Source: Coprobacillus sp. CAG:605
Lineage (GTDB): Bacteria > Bacillota_I > Bacilli_A > RF39 > UBA660
Length of the DNA stretch: 64,000 bases
NCBI GenBank assembly: GCA_000433255.1
Contig: HF998235.1
Span: forward strand, 13 to 64,012
Reading direction: 5' to 3'
In this document: positions 19,490 through 29,717 of the stretch, in pieces
How the letters are laid out: each line of letters opens with the position of its first letter
Numbering within the stretch: position 1 is the first letter of the stretch
Notes under the pieces: generated by a model
Seen by the model: the letters and a program-made list of their open reading frames with translations, nothing else
What the model was told of the DNA's origin: nothing
The model's database searches: none
Translations under genes and position numbers: made by a program

Positions 19490-20089
19490 TTATGATATAT
19501 CTTTTCTATCATTTAAGGCATTAAGAAGTGTAATCTCATCCAAATAATCAATATCAACACCCATTGGAATACCATAAGACAAACGAGATATTTTAACCCC
19601 TTTATCTTCTAATATCTTCTTTATATATAAAGTAGTCGTTTCTCCTTCAATAGACGGCTTCAAAGCTATAATAACTTCAGGATTTTCCAAAGTTTTTACT
19701 CTATCAATTAGTGAAGATAAATTAATATCTTCAGGCCCTCTATCATCAATTGGTGAAATAAGCCCATCTAAAACATGATACACCCCATTATACTTACCAG
19801 CCTTTTCAAAAGCAAAAACGCCTTTAAAGTCCTCTAAAACACATATTACGTTATGATTTCTCGAAATATCTCGGCAAACATAACATACATCTTCATCTGT
19901 TAAACCACCACAAATACTACATCTCTTTAATTTCTTTTTGGCCGTATTTAAGGCTAAAGAAAAATCAGCAACTTCCTCTAAAGACATATCCAAAATTGCC
20001 AGTGCCATACGTTCAGCACTCTTTTCGCCAATACCAGGCAATTTCTTAAAGTATTCTATTAATTCTAATAAATTAGCAGGATATATCAT
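19490..20089 (-). CDS. recR: Recombination protein RecR
   Basis: LPGIGEKSAERMA (HhH), a C4 zinc finger (CSICGG ... CYVC) and a Toprim domain. Confidence 0.95.
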   Translation of the reverse strand: MIYPANLLELIEYFKKLPGIGEKSAERMALAILDMSLEEVADFSLALNTAKKKLKRCSICGGLTDEDVCYVCRDISRNHNVICVLEDFKGVFAFEKAGKYNGVYHVLDGLISPIDDRGPEDINLSSLIDRVKTLENPEVIIALKPSIEGETTTLYIKKILEDKGVKISRLSYGIPMGVDIDYLDEITLLNALNDRKDIS

Positions 20090-20385
20090 TAAAATAATCC
20101 GTTAAGAGCACTTCCATATTGACCCATAGCTTTTTCCATAGCTTGATCAACATTCTTAATAGCATCATTTGTGGCAATCATAATCATATCTTGAAGTACT
20201 TCAATATCATCCTTAGTTAAATCTTCATTTTTTATTACTACTTCAGTTACTTCTTTATTACCATTCATTGTAACTTCAACTAATTCAGACTTTCCTGTAA
20301 ATAATTGTTTACCCACTTCCTCTTTTTTCTTCATTATATCTCTTTGCATTCTTTGTGCTTGAGCCATTAAATTTTGCATATTCAT
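20089..20385 (-). CDS. ybaB: Nucleoid-associated protein YbaB/EbfC
   Basis: 98 aa, MQNLMAQAQRMQ ..., located between dnaX and recR. Confidence 0.9.
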   Translation of the reverse strand: MNMQNLMAQAQRMQRDIMKKKEEVGKQLFTGKSELVEVTMNGNKEVTEVVIKNEDLTKDDIEVLQDMIMIATNDAIKNVDQAMEKAMGQYGSALNGLF

Positions 20386-20402
20386 AAATTTATTCTCCTC
20401 TT

Positions 20403-22052
20403 CTATTTTGTTTCATAATTATTTCCAAAAATTTCATTAGCTAGCTTCTCCAACTCACTAGTATTTTCTTCAATAATTATGGAATCATCCATCATAGTAT
20501 ATTTATAACCACTTTTTAAGTTAGTAATATACTTATTACGTGCCTCTTCCCATACTTTTGGTGAAATAGACACCAATTTATATTCTCTACCAAAGAATAT
20601 TTTAAAATCTTTTTCTACTGATTCAATATTCTCATTAATTAAATCATTAGTATTATTTATCTTATTAACCAATACAGCATAATTATTAGATGCTGCAACA
20701 AGCTCAGTATCTACTATATATGAAAGTAACAACTTATTCGCATTACTTTCATAAATAACAAAATCGTCCCATTTTTCTTTTAGCTCTAACAAATACTTTT
20801 TTTGAGCTCCTACAAAAGTATTATTTATTCTGGCATCCACATTAAAGTGAGCCTTTTTTTCATTAACTATTGGAGCCTCATTATTTATTTCTGGTTCTTT
20901 ACTTCCTTTTATTTCCTGGGAAATATTTTCTTTAGTTGGTCTTTCTTCGACTTTTTGCTCTATTTTCAAAGTAGAACCACTCTTTTTTTCCTCAACTGGA
21001 GCTTTAACATCCTTATTTGAAATTTTATTTCCCGGGAAATATTTTAAAATTACAATTTCTAAAAAATTATATGGAGCGATATTACTTTTAATTTCTTGAA
21101 GTACTCTATTTAATTCAAAAACCATACTATAAAGCATATCAAAATCAAGAATACCATTATAATTATCTAATTTTATATCTATTAAGATTGATTTTATTCT
21201 ATCTATCAGCTTTTCAATTAATATTCTTACATCGATACCATTATTTTTAAATTCTTTTAATAGTTCTAAAGTGCCTTTAACATCCCCAGAAGTAAATACA
21301 TCCATAAATTCTTTTACTTTTTTATTTGATATACTTCCAAAATTGCTTGTAACATCATCTACATCTATTTTAGTATTACGTGAAGAAATTTGGTCTAAAA
21401 TACTTAATGCATCACGCATACCACCATTACTCATATAAGCTATTTCTTTTAAAGCGGCATCCGTTATATCAATTTTTTCTTCGTTACAAACATAATTTAA
21501 ACGATTAACTATATCATCAACTACAATTGGTTTAAAATCAAATCTTTGACAACGCGATAAAACTGTAATTGGAACACTTTGAATATCAGTTGTTGCTAAT
21601 ATAAATACTACATTAGATGGTGGTTCTTCCAATGTTAATAATAAAGCATTAAAAGCACTAGTAGATAGCATATGAAATTCATCAACTATATATACTTTAT
21701 ACTTTGAATTTGCTGGAGCTAAACGAACATTGTTAATTATTTCTCTTATTTCATCTACTCCATTATTAGAAGCAGCATCTATCTCAATTATATCTGGATT
21801 TGTTCCAAAACTTTTACACATTTCACACTCATTACAAGGATTTCCATCTTTTGGATTTAAGCAATTTAAAGCCTTAGCAAATATTTTAGCAGAACTTGTT
21901 TTACCGGTACCACGTGGGCCAGTAAAAATATAAGCATGCGAAATATGTTCATTTTTTATAGCATTTTTTAATAATGTTTTTGTATATTCTTGACCTACTA
22001 AAGAATCAAAATTCTGTGGTCTATATTTTCGATAAAGAACTTTATATTCCAT
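20403..22052 (-). CDS. dnaX: DNA polymerase III gamma/tau subunit DnaX
   Basis: YRKYRPQNF, GPRGTGKTS, zinc module CNECEMC, DEFHMLS and SRCQRFDF motifs. Confidence 0.96.
   Translation of the reverse strand: MEYKVLYRKYRPQNFDSLVGQEYTKTLLKNAIKNEHISHAYIFTGPRGTGKTSSAKIFAKALNCLNPKDGNPCNECEMCKSFGTNPDIIEIDAASNNGVDEIREIINNVRLAPANSKYKVYIVDEFHMLSTSAFNALLLTLEEPPSNVVFILATTDIQSVPITVLSRCQRFDFKPIVVDDIVNRLNYVCNEEKIDITDAALKEIAYMSNGGMRDALSILDQISSRNTKIDVDDVTSNFGSISNKKVKEFMDVFTSGDVKGTLELLKEFKNNGIDVRILIEKLIDRIKSILIDIKLDNYNGILDFDMLYSMVFELNRVLQEIKSNIAPYNFLEIVILKYFPGNKISNKDVKAPVEEKKSGSTLKIEQKVEERPTKENISQEIKGSKEPEINNEAPIVNEKKAHFNVDARINNTFVGAQKKYLLELKEKWDDFVIYESNANKLLLSYIVDTELVAASNNYAVLVNKINNTNDLINENIESVEKDFKIFFGREYKLVSISPKVWEEARNKYITNLKSGYKYTMMDDSIIIEENTSELEKLANEIFGNNYETK
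20911..20924. promoter_or_regulatory. Noc-binding-site-like palindrome, one mismatch, inside dnaX
   Basis: ATTTCCTGGGAAAT. It has the same TTTT / TATTTT flanks as the perfect sites. Confidence 0.45.
21027..21040. promoter_or_regulatory. Perfect Noc-binding-site palindrome inside dnaX
   Basis: ATTTCCCGGGAAAT. It is translated as YFPGN in the dnaX linker. Confidence 0.6.
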
Positions 22053-22104
22053 ACCATCACCCTCCTCAATATTGTATCATATATTCTCTATTTATTATAG
22101 AAAT

Positions 22105-22521
22105 TTATCTCATATTCTTAAAAAAATTTAAAAATAATTTTTTATATTTATCTATATATTCATTATTTCCAATATCAAGTTTAATGTATTTTAAAGGCTC
22201 ATACAAGCCATTTAAATTTTGGTCAAGCAAATAATACACTTTATCTATTCTAGAGGCCTCTATTGCCTCAAAACAAAGCTTACAAGGCTTAAGCGTAGTA
22301 AGAAGTATACAACCATTAAGTCTAAAATCACCTAAAATTTTTTCTGCTTCACAAATAGCGTTAATTTCTGCATGGCCAATAACCAAATTATCGCATTTAC
22401 GGGTATTATGGCCTGTGGATAAAATATTTCCATTTTTAATTATGATACATCCTACAGGAATATCACCGTTTTTTGATGACTCTAAAGCTAAATTATATAA
22501 TTGTTCTAAATATTTTTCCAT
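22105..22521 (-). CDS. tadA: tRNA-specific adenosine deaminase TadA
   Basis: HAEINAI and PCKLC deaminase motifs. Start set at ATG 22521 (MEKYLEQ) with a GGAG RBS. The longer ORF-track N-terminus overlaps the SRP RNA. Confidence 0.88.
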   Translation of the reverse strand: MEKYLEQLYNLALESSKNGDIPVGCIIIKNGNILSTGHNTRKCDNLVIGHAEINAICEAEKILGDFRLNGCILLTTLKPCKLCFEAIEASRIDKVYYLLDQNLNGLYEPLKYIKLDIGNNEYIDKYKKLFLNFFKNMR

Positions 22522-22569
22522 AGTTATACTCCAAACTAGCTTGCTACATATGTATGCACAAATTCCAAT

Positions 22570-22648
22570 AAAAAAGTGCACACAAACAGGGATAGTTATG
22601 GCTGCTGTATTCCTACTCTGACCAGGTTCCTATATAATTGTTGCACGC
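22570..22648 (-). ncRNA. ffs: Signal recognition particle RNA, short (4.5S-like) form
   Basis: Minus strand reads GUGCAACAA ... CCUGGUCAGAGUAGGAAUACAGCAGCC ... UUUGUGUGCAC-UUUUUU. This gives the domain IV motif (GGUCAG ... GGAA tetraloop ... AGCAGC), a closing 5'/3' helix GUGCA/UGCAC and a U6 terminator. TTGATT and TATAAT promoter elements lie just upstream at about 22653-22685. The ends are approximate. Confidence 0.6.
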
Positions 22649-22850
22649 ATATATTATATAACATAATTTCTTATAAAATCAAGGAAAAAATGGCATTTTT
22701 AGTAAATTTCAAGTATTGTTCGCCATATATTTGTTCGCTAAACTAATCAAATTTGATATTTTTCCAATATCATTAAATATATATGAATTATGTTAATTTG
22801 ATATCAAAAATGCCTGTTGATAAATACTTGAAATGTGAATATTTTTTACT

Positions 22851-23576
22851 ATGTTTCACGTGAAACATAGTAATTATCTTTTTAAAACGATATATCAGTC
22901 CATTTAAGTTAAAATTATATTTATGATTATCTTTTATTTAATGTATTATTCTCAATGTTTCACGTGAAACATTGGACTTTTGTATCTTTAACTTAAAACA
23001 TGGTCAAATAACTACCTAAATATTTATAAAATAAAGTAAAAACCCTATCTCATTGACTTTAATTCCATAAAATTAAAACAATTATCAACTATGTTTCACG
23101 TGAAACATTAGAAAAAGTAAAATAAATTTAGTAATGAAACTCATATAAAATATAGAAATATTAAAAATAATTATTTATCACGTATAAAAAATAAAACTTC
23201 ATTAGTGTATTTTAAAAATTTGAAAAAAGTTTAATTGAAATTTTAAATTAATTAACAATGTTTCACGTGAAACATATATACTTTGATTAATTTTTTTAAA
23301 AGATAAATTAAAAATTATATAAAATAGATATGTAGATTAATTATTGCTGCTGTTTACTTATAAACACCCAATGTTTCACGTGAAACATTGAGTTGACTTT
23401 TAAAATTATTGCTGGACTTATTATAATTTTAATATTTTTTATTTATTAAATAATTAATGCTTATTAAAATAAATATTTATCCACTATGTTTCACGTGAAA
23501 CATATAAAAAAATACATATCTATTTCTAAATATGTATTTCTATTTAAATAAGTTAACAATGTTTCACGTGAAACAT
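22851..23576. repeat. Array of seven identical 18-bp palindromes ATGTTTCACGTGAAACAT (each a perfect parS core)
   Basis: Copies at 22851-22868, 22955-22972, 23091-23108, 23258-23275, 23371-23388, 23486-23503 and 23559-23576. Spacers are 86, 118, 149, 95, 97 and 55 bp and are unrelated to each other. No ORF of 60 aa or more lies in 22622-23588. Confidence 0.9.
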
Positions 23577-23588
23577 TGTTAATAATTT

Positions 23589-26054
23589 TTATTGATTGTT
23601 ATTTTCTAATTCAGTTGTAGAACTTTCATTAAGTACCTCATCTGGTTCGGCCTTAATTAAACTGATTGTGGATACTTTTTGGCCATCTTTCAAGTTAATT
23701 AAACGAACTCCCTGAGTAACCCTGCCTAAAACTGATATTTGAGCTAATGGCATACGCATAACCATACCAGAATCAGTAATAATTACTACATCGGTACTAT
23801 CATCTACCACTTTAAATGTGCATAACTTTCCGTTTTTATCCGTTACATTTAAGGCTTTTACTCCCTTAGATCCACGTCTTGTTTCGCGGAAGTCTTGAAC
23901 ATTTGTTTGCTTGCCGTAACCATTTTCCGTTACTATCAAAATGTTATTATCGTCACTAGTAACCTCAGCACCAATACAGTAAGCATCTTCACTTAAGTTA
24001 ATACCCTTAACACCTGAAGCAGTACGTCCCATTTCTCTAATTTCAGATTCATTAAATTTAACCATACGGCCATCACTTGAACCTAACAAAATATTATCGC
24101 TACCCGTTGTTTTTCTAACCGCAATTAACTCATCATTATCTCTTAAAGTAATACAAATTTTACCATTTTGACGTATGCTTTCAAATTCAGCTAAAGAGGT
24201 CTTTTTAATTATACCACCTTTTGTAGCAAACATCAAGTACTTATTTTCATCATCTCGAGAAACTTTAATAACACTATTTACTAATTCATCCTTCTCAATT
24301 TGTAATAGATTAATTATTGGTAAGCCCTTAGATTGTCTACTAAACTGAGGAATCTCGTAGCCTTTTAACCTGTATACCTTACCCTTATTAGTAAAGAATA
24401 ATGCATAATCATGTGTGGATAAATTTATTAAATGTTCAACATTATCTTCTTCATTAGTTGTCATTCCCTTTACACCTACACCACCACGGTTTTGCGACTT
24501 AAATGTATCGGCAGTTGTTCTCTTAATATATCCTTTGCTTGTTAATGCTAACATAACGTTTTCTTCTGGTATTAATGATTCATCTTCGATATATTCAATA
24601 GCAGTCATATCAATATCAGTACGTCTTTCATCAGCATATTTTGCTTTAATTTCTAATAATTCTTCTTTAATAATGCTATAAATCTTTTCATCACTAGCTA
24701 AAATACCATTTAATTTATCAATTAAAGCCAATAACTCATTCAATTCATCTTCTATCTTAGAACGTTCTAAACCAGTCAAACGACGTAATTTTAATTCTAA
24801 AATAGCATCAGCTTGAATATCATCAAGACCAAATCTACTCATTAACTTTTCTTTAGCTAATGCATCAGTTTCAGCATTTCTTATGATGTTGATAACTTCA
24901 TCTAAATTATCTAAAGCAATCTTATATCCTTCTAAAATATGAACTCTCTTTTCAGCCTTATCTAATTCAAACTTAGTTCTTCTGTAGATAACTTCCTTTT
25001 GAAATTCAATATATTTTGAAATAATTTCATATAAGTTCAAAGTTTTTGGCTTACCTTGGTCTAACATCAAGAAAATAATACCATAAGTTGTTTGTAATTG
25101 TGTAAATTTATATAAATTATTTAATACAACATTTGCATTTGCTTCTTTTTTTAAATGAACTACTAAACGAATACCATCTAATGTAGATTCATCATGTAAA
25201 TCAGCAATTCCTTCTAAAACTTTATCTCTTACTAACTCTGCAATACGAGTTCTTAAAGACATTTTAGTTACTTGATAAGGAATATCTGTGAATACAATTT
25301 GTTGTTTTCCATGATTTTCTTGTATTTCAGCATGAGCTCTCAAAGTAATAGTACCTCTACCAGTCTCATAAGCTTGTTTAATACCCTTGTTTCCTAAAAT
25401 AGATGCTCCAGTAGGAAAATCTGGTCCTTTAATATACTTCATCAACTCTTCAACAGTAATATCATGATTATCAATATAAGCAACACAACCATCAATTACT
25501 TCCCCTAAATTATGAGGAGGAATATTAGTTGCCATACCTACAGCAATACCCATAGTACCATTTACTAATATATTAGGAAATCTTGAAGGCAATACTTTAG
25601 GTTCTTTCTTAGTTCCATCAAAGTTTGGATCAAAATCAACAGTATCTTTATAAATATCTCTTAATAACTCCAAAGAAATCTTTGATAATCTTGCTTCTGT
25701 ATAACGATATGCTGCCGCACCAAAGCCATCTATTGAACCAAAATTACCATGCCCATCAACTAGTGGATGACGATAACTAAAATCTTGAGCCATTCTTACC
25801 ATAGCATCATATACTGATGTATCACCATGTGGATGATATTTACCTAAAACCGCACCTACAGTAGTAGCACTCTTACGAAAAGCCTTATCTGGTGTTAAAC
25901 CATCTTCATACATTGTGTATAAAATACGACGATGTACAGGTTTTAAACCATCTCTTAAATCTGGTAATGCACGCGCAATAATAACATCCATTGAATATTC
26001 TAAGAAGGAACTCTTCATTATATCAACAACATTTTTATTTTGTTTATTATCCAT
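23589..26054 (-). CDS. gyrA: DNA gyrase subunit A
   Basis: [12 protein letters not shown], the [11 protein letters not shown] active-site Tyr region and C-terminal beta-pinwheel repeats. Confidence 0.98.
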   Translation of the reverse strand: MDNKQNKNVVDIMKSSFLEYSMDVIIARALPDLRDGLKPVHRRILYTMYEDGLTPDKAFRKSATTVGAVLGKYHPHGDTSVYDAMVRMAQDFSYRHPLVDGHGNFGSIDGFGAAAYRYTEARLSKISLELLRDIYKDTVDFDPNFDGTKKEPKVLPSRFPNILVNGTMGIAVGMATNIPPHNLGEVIDGCVAYIDNHDITVEELMKYIKGPDFPTGASILGNKGIKQAYETGRGTITLRAHAEIQENHGKQQIVFTDIPYQVTKMSLRTRIAELVRDKVLEGIADLHDESTLDGIRLVVHLKKEANANVVLNNLYKFTQLQTTYGIIFLMLDQGKPKTLNLYEIISKYIEFQKEVIYRRTKFELDKAEKRVHILEGYKIALDNLDEVINIIRNAETDALAKEKLMSRFGLDDIQADAILELKLRRLTGLERSKIEDELNELLALIDKLNGILASDEKIYSIIKEELLEIKAKYADERRTDIDMTAIEYIEDESLIPEENVMLALTSKGYIKRTTADTFKSQNRGGVGVKGMTTNEEDNVEHLINLSTHDYALFFTNKGKVYRLKGYEIPQFSRQSKGLPIINLLQIEKDELVNSVIKVSRDDENKYLMFATKGGIIKKTSLAEFESIRQNGKICITLRDNDELIAVRKTTGSDNILLGSSDGRMVKFNESEIREMGRTASGVKGINLSEDAYCIGAEVTSDDNNILIVTENGYGKQTNVQDFRETRRGSKGVKALNVTDKNGKLCTFKVVDDSTDVVIITDSGMVMRMPLAQISVLGRVTQGVRLINLKDGQKVSTISLIKAEPDEVLNESSTTELENNNQ

Positions 26055-26067
26055 ACTTCTTCACCTC

Positions 26068-27996
26068 CTAGTAATCCAAATTCTCAACATAGTGAGCATT
26101 TTCTTCAATAAATTTTCTTCTTGGCTCTACTTCTTCACCCATTAAAGTATTAAATACTCCATCAGCATCCATAGCATCCTCTAAAGAAACTTGAACCAAA
26201 GTTCTATTATTAATATCCATTGTTGTCTCACAAAGTTCTTCTGGATCCATTTCACCTAAACCTTTATTACGAGCAATATCAACTTTAACATTAGCTGGTA
26301 AAGTTTTTAAAAATTCATTTTTTTCGTCCTCTGTTAATACATAATGGAAATTTTTACCCCAGGATATCTTAAATAATGGTGGTTGAGCTATATAAATATG
26401 TCCCGTTTCCAATAATGGTCTAAAGAATCTATAGAATAAAGTTAATAAAAGAATCCTAATATGTGCTCCATCAACATCGGCATCAGTCATAATAATTATT
26501 TTGTCATATCTTAATTTATTGATATCAAAATCATCACCAATACCGGTACCAAACGCTGTTATCATACTTCTAATCTCTTCATTAGATAATGCTCTATCAA
26601 GACGTGCTTTTTCAACATTTAATATTTTTCCTCTTAAAGGTAACACTGCTTGTGTACGATTATTTCTACCACCAATAGCAGACCCACCAGCAGAATCTCC
26701 TTCGACTATAAATATTTCACATTCTTTAGCATCTTTACTTGTACAATCTGTAAGTTTACCCCATTGATTTGATAAATCTAAACCATCTTTAGTCTTTCTT
26801 TGTAAATCACGAGCTTTTTTTGCCGCTTCACGAGCACGAGACGCCGTCATAGCTTTCTCTACGATGCGTTTAGCAATCTCAGGATTTTCCATTAAATATC
26901 TTTGTAAGCCTTCACTAAACACATCATCAGCAATCTTTCTTACTTCAATATTTCCAAGCTTTGTCTTAGTTTGACCTTCGAATTGTGGATCCGGATGCTT
27001 ACAGGAAACAATCATTGTTAAGCCTTCTCTTACATCATCACCAATTAATGCTGGAGCGTTATCCTTTAACATCTTAGCATTTCTAGCATAATTGTTAATA
27101 ATTCTTGTTAATGCTCTTTTAACTCCATCTTCATGAGTTCCACCTTCATGAGTATGAATATTATTAGTGTAAGAATAAACTGCTTCATTATATCCATCAT
27201 TATATTGCATCGCAACTTCAATTAAAATATTATCTTCTTTACCTTCTACATAGATAACTTCCGGATTAATAGGGGTTTTATTTTTATTTAATAAGTGAAC
27301 AAATTCAATAATTCCACCCTCATAAACAAATTCATCTTTCCTATTATCTTCTCTTTCATCAATTAAGACAATTCTTAATCCCTTATTTAAAAAGGCAATT
27401 TCTTGTAATCTCTTAGCTAAAGTATCATAGTTATAAATTGTTGTTTCCTTAAATATTTCAGGGTCAGCTTTAAACCTTACTGTAGAACCTGTTCTATTTA
27501 TATCACAATTTCCTATAACTTTTAGTGGTTCAACCGAATGTCCACCATTTTCAAAACGTTGAAAATATATTTTACCATCACGATAAATTGTTACTTCAAG
27601 CCATGTGGATAAAGCATTAACAACACTAGCACCTACACCATGAAGTCCACCAGATACTTTATATCCGCCACCTCCGAATTTACCACCAGCATGTAATACT
27701 GTAAAAATAGTTTCAACTGTGGATAAGCCAGTCTTTGCATTAGTACCTGTAGGAATACCACGACCATCATCTTTAACTGCAATAACATTACCTTTTTCCA
27801 CAACAACTTCAATATCATCACAATATCCAGCCAAAGCTTCATCAACAGCATTATCAACAATCTCCCATACTAAATGATGTAGTCCAGCTTCTCCTGTTGT
27901 ACCAATATACATTCCGGGTCTTTTTCTTACCGCTTCCAAGCCCTCTAATACTTGAATATCATTATCATTATAATCACTATGTCCTATTTCTCTCAT
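26068..27996 (-). CDS. gyrB: DNA gyrase subunit B
   Basis: [16 protein letters not shown], the GHKL ATPase fold, Toprim EGDSAGG and [10 protein letters not shown]. Confidence 0.98.
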   Translation of the reverse strand: MREIGHSDYNDNDIQVLEGLEAVRKRPGMYIGTTGEAGLHHLVWEIVDNAVDEALAGYCDDIEVVVEKGNVIAVKDDGRGIPTGTNAKTGLSTVETIFTVLHAGGKFGGGGYKVSGGLHGVGASVVNALSTWLEVTIYRDGKIYFQRFENGGHSVEPLKVIGNCDINRTGSTVRFKADPEIFKETTIYNYDTLAKRLQEIAFLNKGLRIVLIDEREDNRKDEFVYEGGIIEFVHLLNKNKTPINPEVIYVEGKEDNILIEVAMQYNDGYNEAVYSYTNNIHTHEGGTHEDGVKRALTRIINNYARNAKMLKDNAPALIGDDVREGLTMIVSCKHPDPQFEGQTKTKLGNIEVRKIADDVFSEGLQRYLMENPEIAKRIVEKAMTASRAREAAKKARDLQRKTKDGLDLSNQWGKLTDCTSKDAKECEIFIVEGDSAGGSAIGGRNNRTQAVLPLRGKILNVEKARLDRALSNEEIRSMITAFGTGIGDDFDINKLRYDKIIIMTDADVDGAHIRILLLTLFYRFFRPLLETGHIYIAQPPLFKISWGKNFHYVLTEDEKNEFLKTLPANVKVDIARNKGLGEMDPEELCETTMDINNRTLVQVSLEDAMDADGVFNTLMGEEVEPRRKFIEENAHYVENLDY

Positions 27997-29086
27997 CAGT
28001 ATCCTCCTTTATCTTGCCATCATAAATTTCAATAATCTTACTATTACTCTTTATCGTTTCTAAGACATCATCTACATCAGTTGTAGTTATAAAAGTTTGA
28101 ACTTCTTTATCAAGTAAATTTAAAATATTCTCTATCTTTTGCATATCTAGTTCACTAAATAAATCATCTAAAATCAATATAGGACTAGTCTTCTTAACTT
28201 TCTTAAATATCTCTACTTCACTTAATTTATAAGCAATAATAGCATTTTTTTGTTGCCCTTCTGAACCATAATCTTTTAATTTTTGATTATCCACAACAAA
28301 ATCATAATCATCATGATGTACTCCAAAACCTGTTTTTCCTAGTAACATATCTTTATTTTGATTCTTACTATATATTTCTAATAATTCATCTTGACTTTTA
28401 TTTTCATAATCAGAAATATACTGTATACAAATTGTATTGTTACCACATATTTTACTATATTTATCACCAATATTATCCTGTATTAACCCTAAAAAGGTCT
28501 TTCTTTTTTGATACAATATCATACCATAATCAATTAATTTCTTAGTTAATACATTCAAATAATCACTACTAGAATTGGCATTCGCATACATTGTCTTCAA
28601 ATATGCATTTCTTTGCTTAAGTACTTTATTATATTGATTTAAAACTTTTAAATATTCATTATCTAACTGGGATAAATCAATATTTAAACTATTTCTTCTA
28701 ACCCCAGGTGAATCTTTAATTATTCTTAAATCATCAGGATTAAATAATACAACATTAATTTTCGATATATAATCACTTAATCTTGGATATTTATTACTAT
28801 CAATTTTAGCACTCTTTCCTTCATTAGTTATTACGACATTATATTCATGTTTTATATTATGTTCAACAACACCTGAAATCTTCGTTAAATTTTTACCATT
28901 CTTTATTAAAATTTTATCCAAAGTTCCCCGAAATGATTTTGTTAAAGATAAAACATATATTGCTTCGATCAAATTAGTTTTTCCCATTCCATTTGGTCCT
29001 ACTATCAAGTTCTTTTCTAAAGAAAAATTAATACTAAGTCGGTCATAGTTTCTAAAATTGAGTAATTTTAGACTTACTAAATGCAT
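27977..29086 (-). CDS. recF: DNA replication and repair protein RecF
   Basis: FRNY start, Walker [10 protein letters not shown], the SEGQQKN signature and ILILDD. Confidence 0.93.
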   Translation of the reverse strand: MHLVSLKLLNFRNYDRLSINFSLEKNLIVGPNGMGKTNLIEAIYVLSLTKSFRGTLDKILIKNGKNLTKISGVVEHNIKHEYNVVITNEGKSAKIDSNKYPRLSDYISKINVVLFNPDDLRIIKDSPGVRRNSLNIDLSQLDNEYLKVLNQYNKVLKQRNAYLKTMYANANSSSDYLNVLTKKLIDYGMILYQKRKTFLGLIQDNIGDKYSKICGNNTICIQYISDYENKSQDELLEIYSKNQNKDMLLGKTGFGVHHDDYDFVVDNQKLKDYGSEGQQKNAIIAYKLSEVEIFKKVKKTSPILILDDLFSELDMQKIENILNLLDKEVQTFITTTDVDDVLETIKSNSKIIEIYDGKIKEDTDERNRT

Positions 29087-29151
29087 CCTATGCCTCTACT
29101 CCCTTATAGTAAAATAATAGGTATAAACAATACTCCTATACCTGTTAATAA

Positions 29152-29637
29152 TTATACCACATTATCTTTCTTTTTGGCTGGCTTTTTTGCTTTTTTGACG
29201 ATTTTTCTTTCATTTAAAACATAATTTAATCTAGTTGCTCGCAAAATCAAGTTTGTAAAAACATAATATGAAATATTTACTGAAATTTTTGACATATTTT
29301 TAAATATTATTTCTGTATTTTTATCAATTTTTCGATAATCTTTAACGTTGTTTAAAGAAATCCAAGAACAATTCTTACTCCGAGGTGAAGATGTTGGAAA
29401 AAATATAATGTCTTTACTTTCTTCAATAATAATTGGTGATTTAGTAGAATACCCCGTTAATATCCGAGTCCCCCTTCTACGCCCTTCAAACGTACTACCA
29501 AAATATTCACAACTTTTCTTAATAATATTAAGTGTATTATCTTTTATTAAATAAGATTTATTCCCCTCATATATTTTAGTATTTGGATAATTGCTTATAA
29601 TTGCCAATGTATCTTCATTAATCTCATAATTTTTCAT
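29152..29637 (-). CDS. ComK-family transcription factor homologue
   Basis: SCEYFGSTFEGRRRGT ... KSPIIIEES ... IIFFPTSSPRSKNCSWISL aligns by eye with B. subtilis ComK (SCRFFGSSYAGRKAGT ... KPPIMVDPS ... IFLFPTLSSTRPQCGWIS). Confidence 0.7.
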   Translation of the reverse strand: MKNYEINEDTLAIISNYPNTKIYEGNKSYLIKDNTLNIIKKSCEYFGSTFEGRRRGTRILTGYSTKSPIIIEESKDIIFFPTSSPRSKNCSWISLNNVKDYRKIDKNTEIIFKNMSKISVNISYYVFTNLILRATRLNYVLNERKIVKKAKKPAKKKDNVV

Positions 29638-29717
29638 TACCTAATTCCCCCTTTGTTAATGAATTGCCAATGTTATACCATATAAACTTTGTCGAATTTT
29701 AGCGAATTTTGTCGAAT

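Noticed and set aside
22522-22581. Longer N-terminus of tadA (MHFFIGICAYICSKLVWSIT) given in the ORF track
   Set aside because: The extension starts at a GTG inside the predicted SRP RNA terminal helix/terminator. A good GGAG RBS precedes ATG 22521, and TadA homologues begin near MEKYLEQ.
22851-23576. The seven evenly sized repeats could be a CRISPR array
   Set aside because: The repeats are 18-bp perfect palindromes, which is short for CRISPR. Spacers vary from 55 to 149 bp. No cas genes or leader are present, and the repeat core is the known parS consensus.
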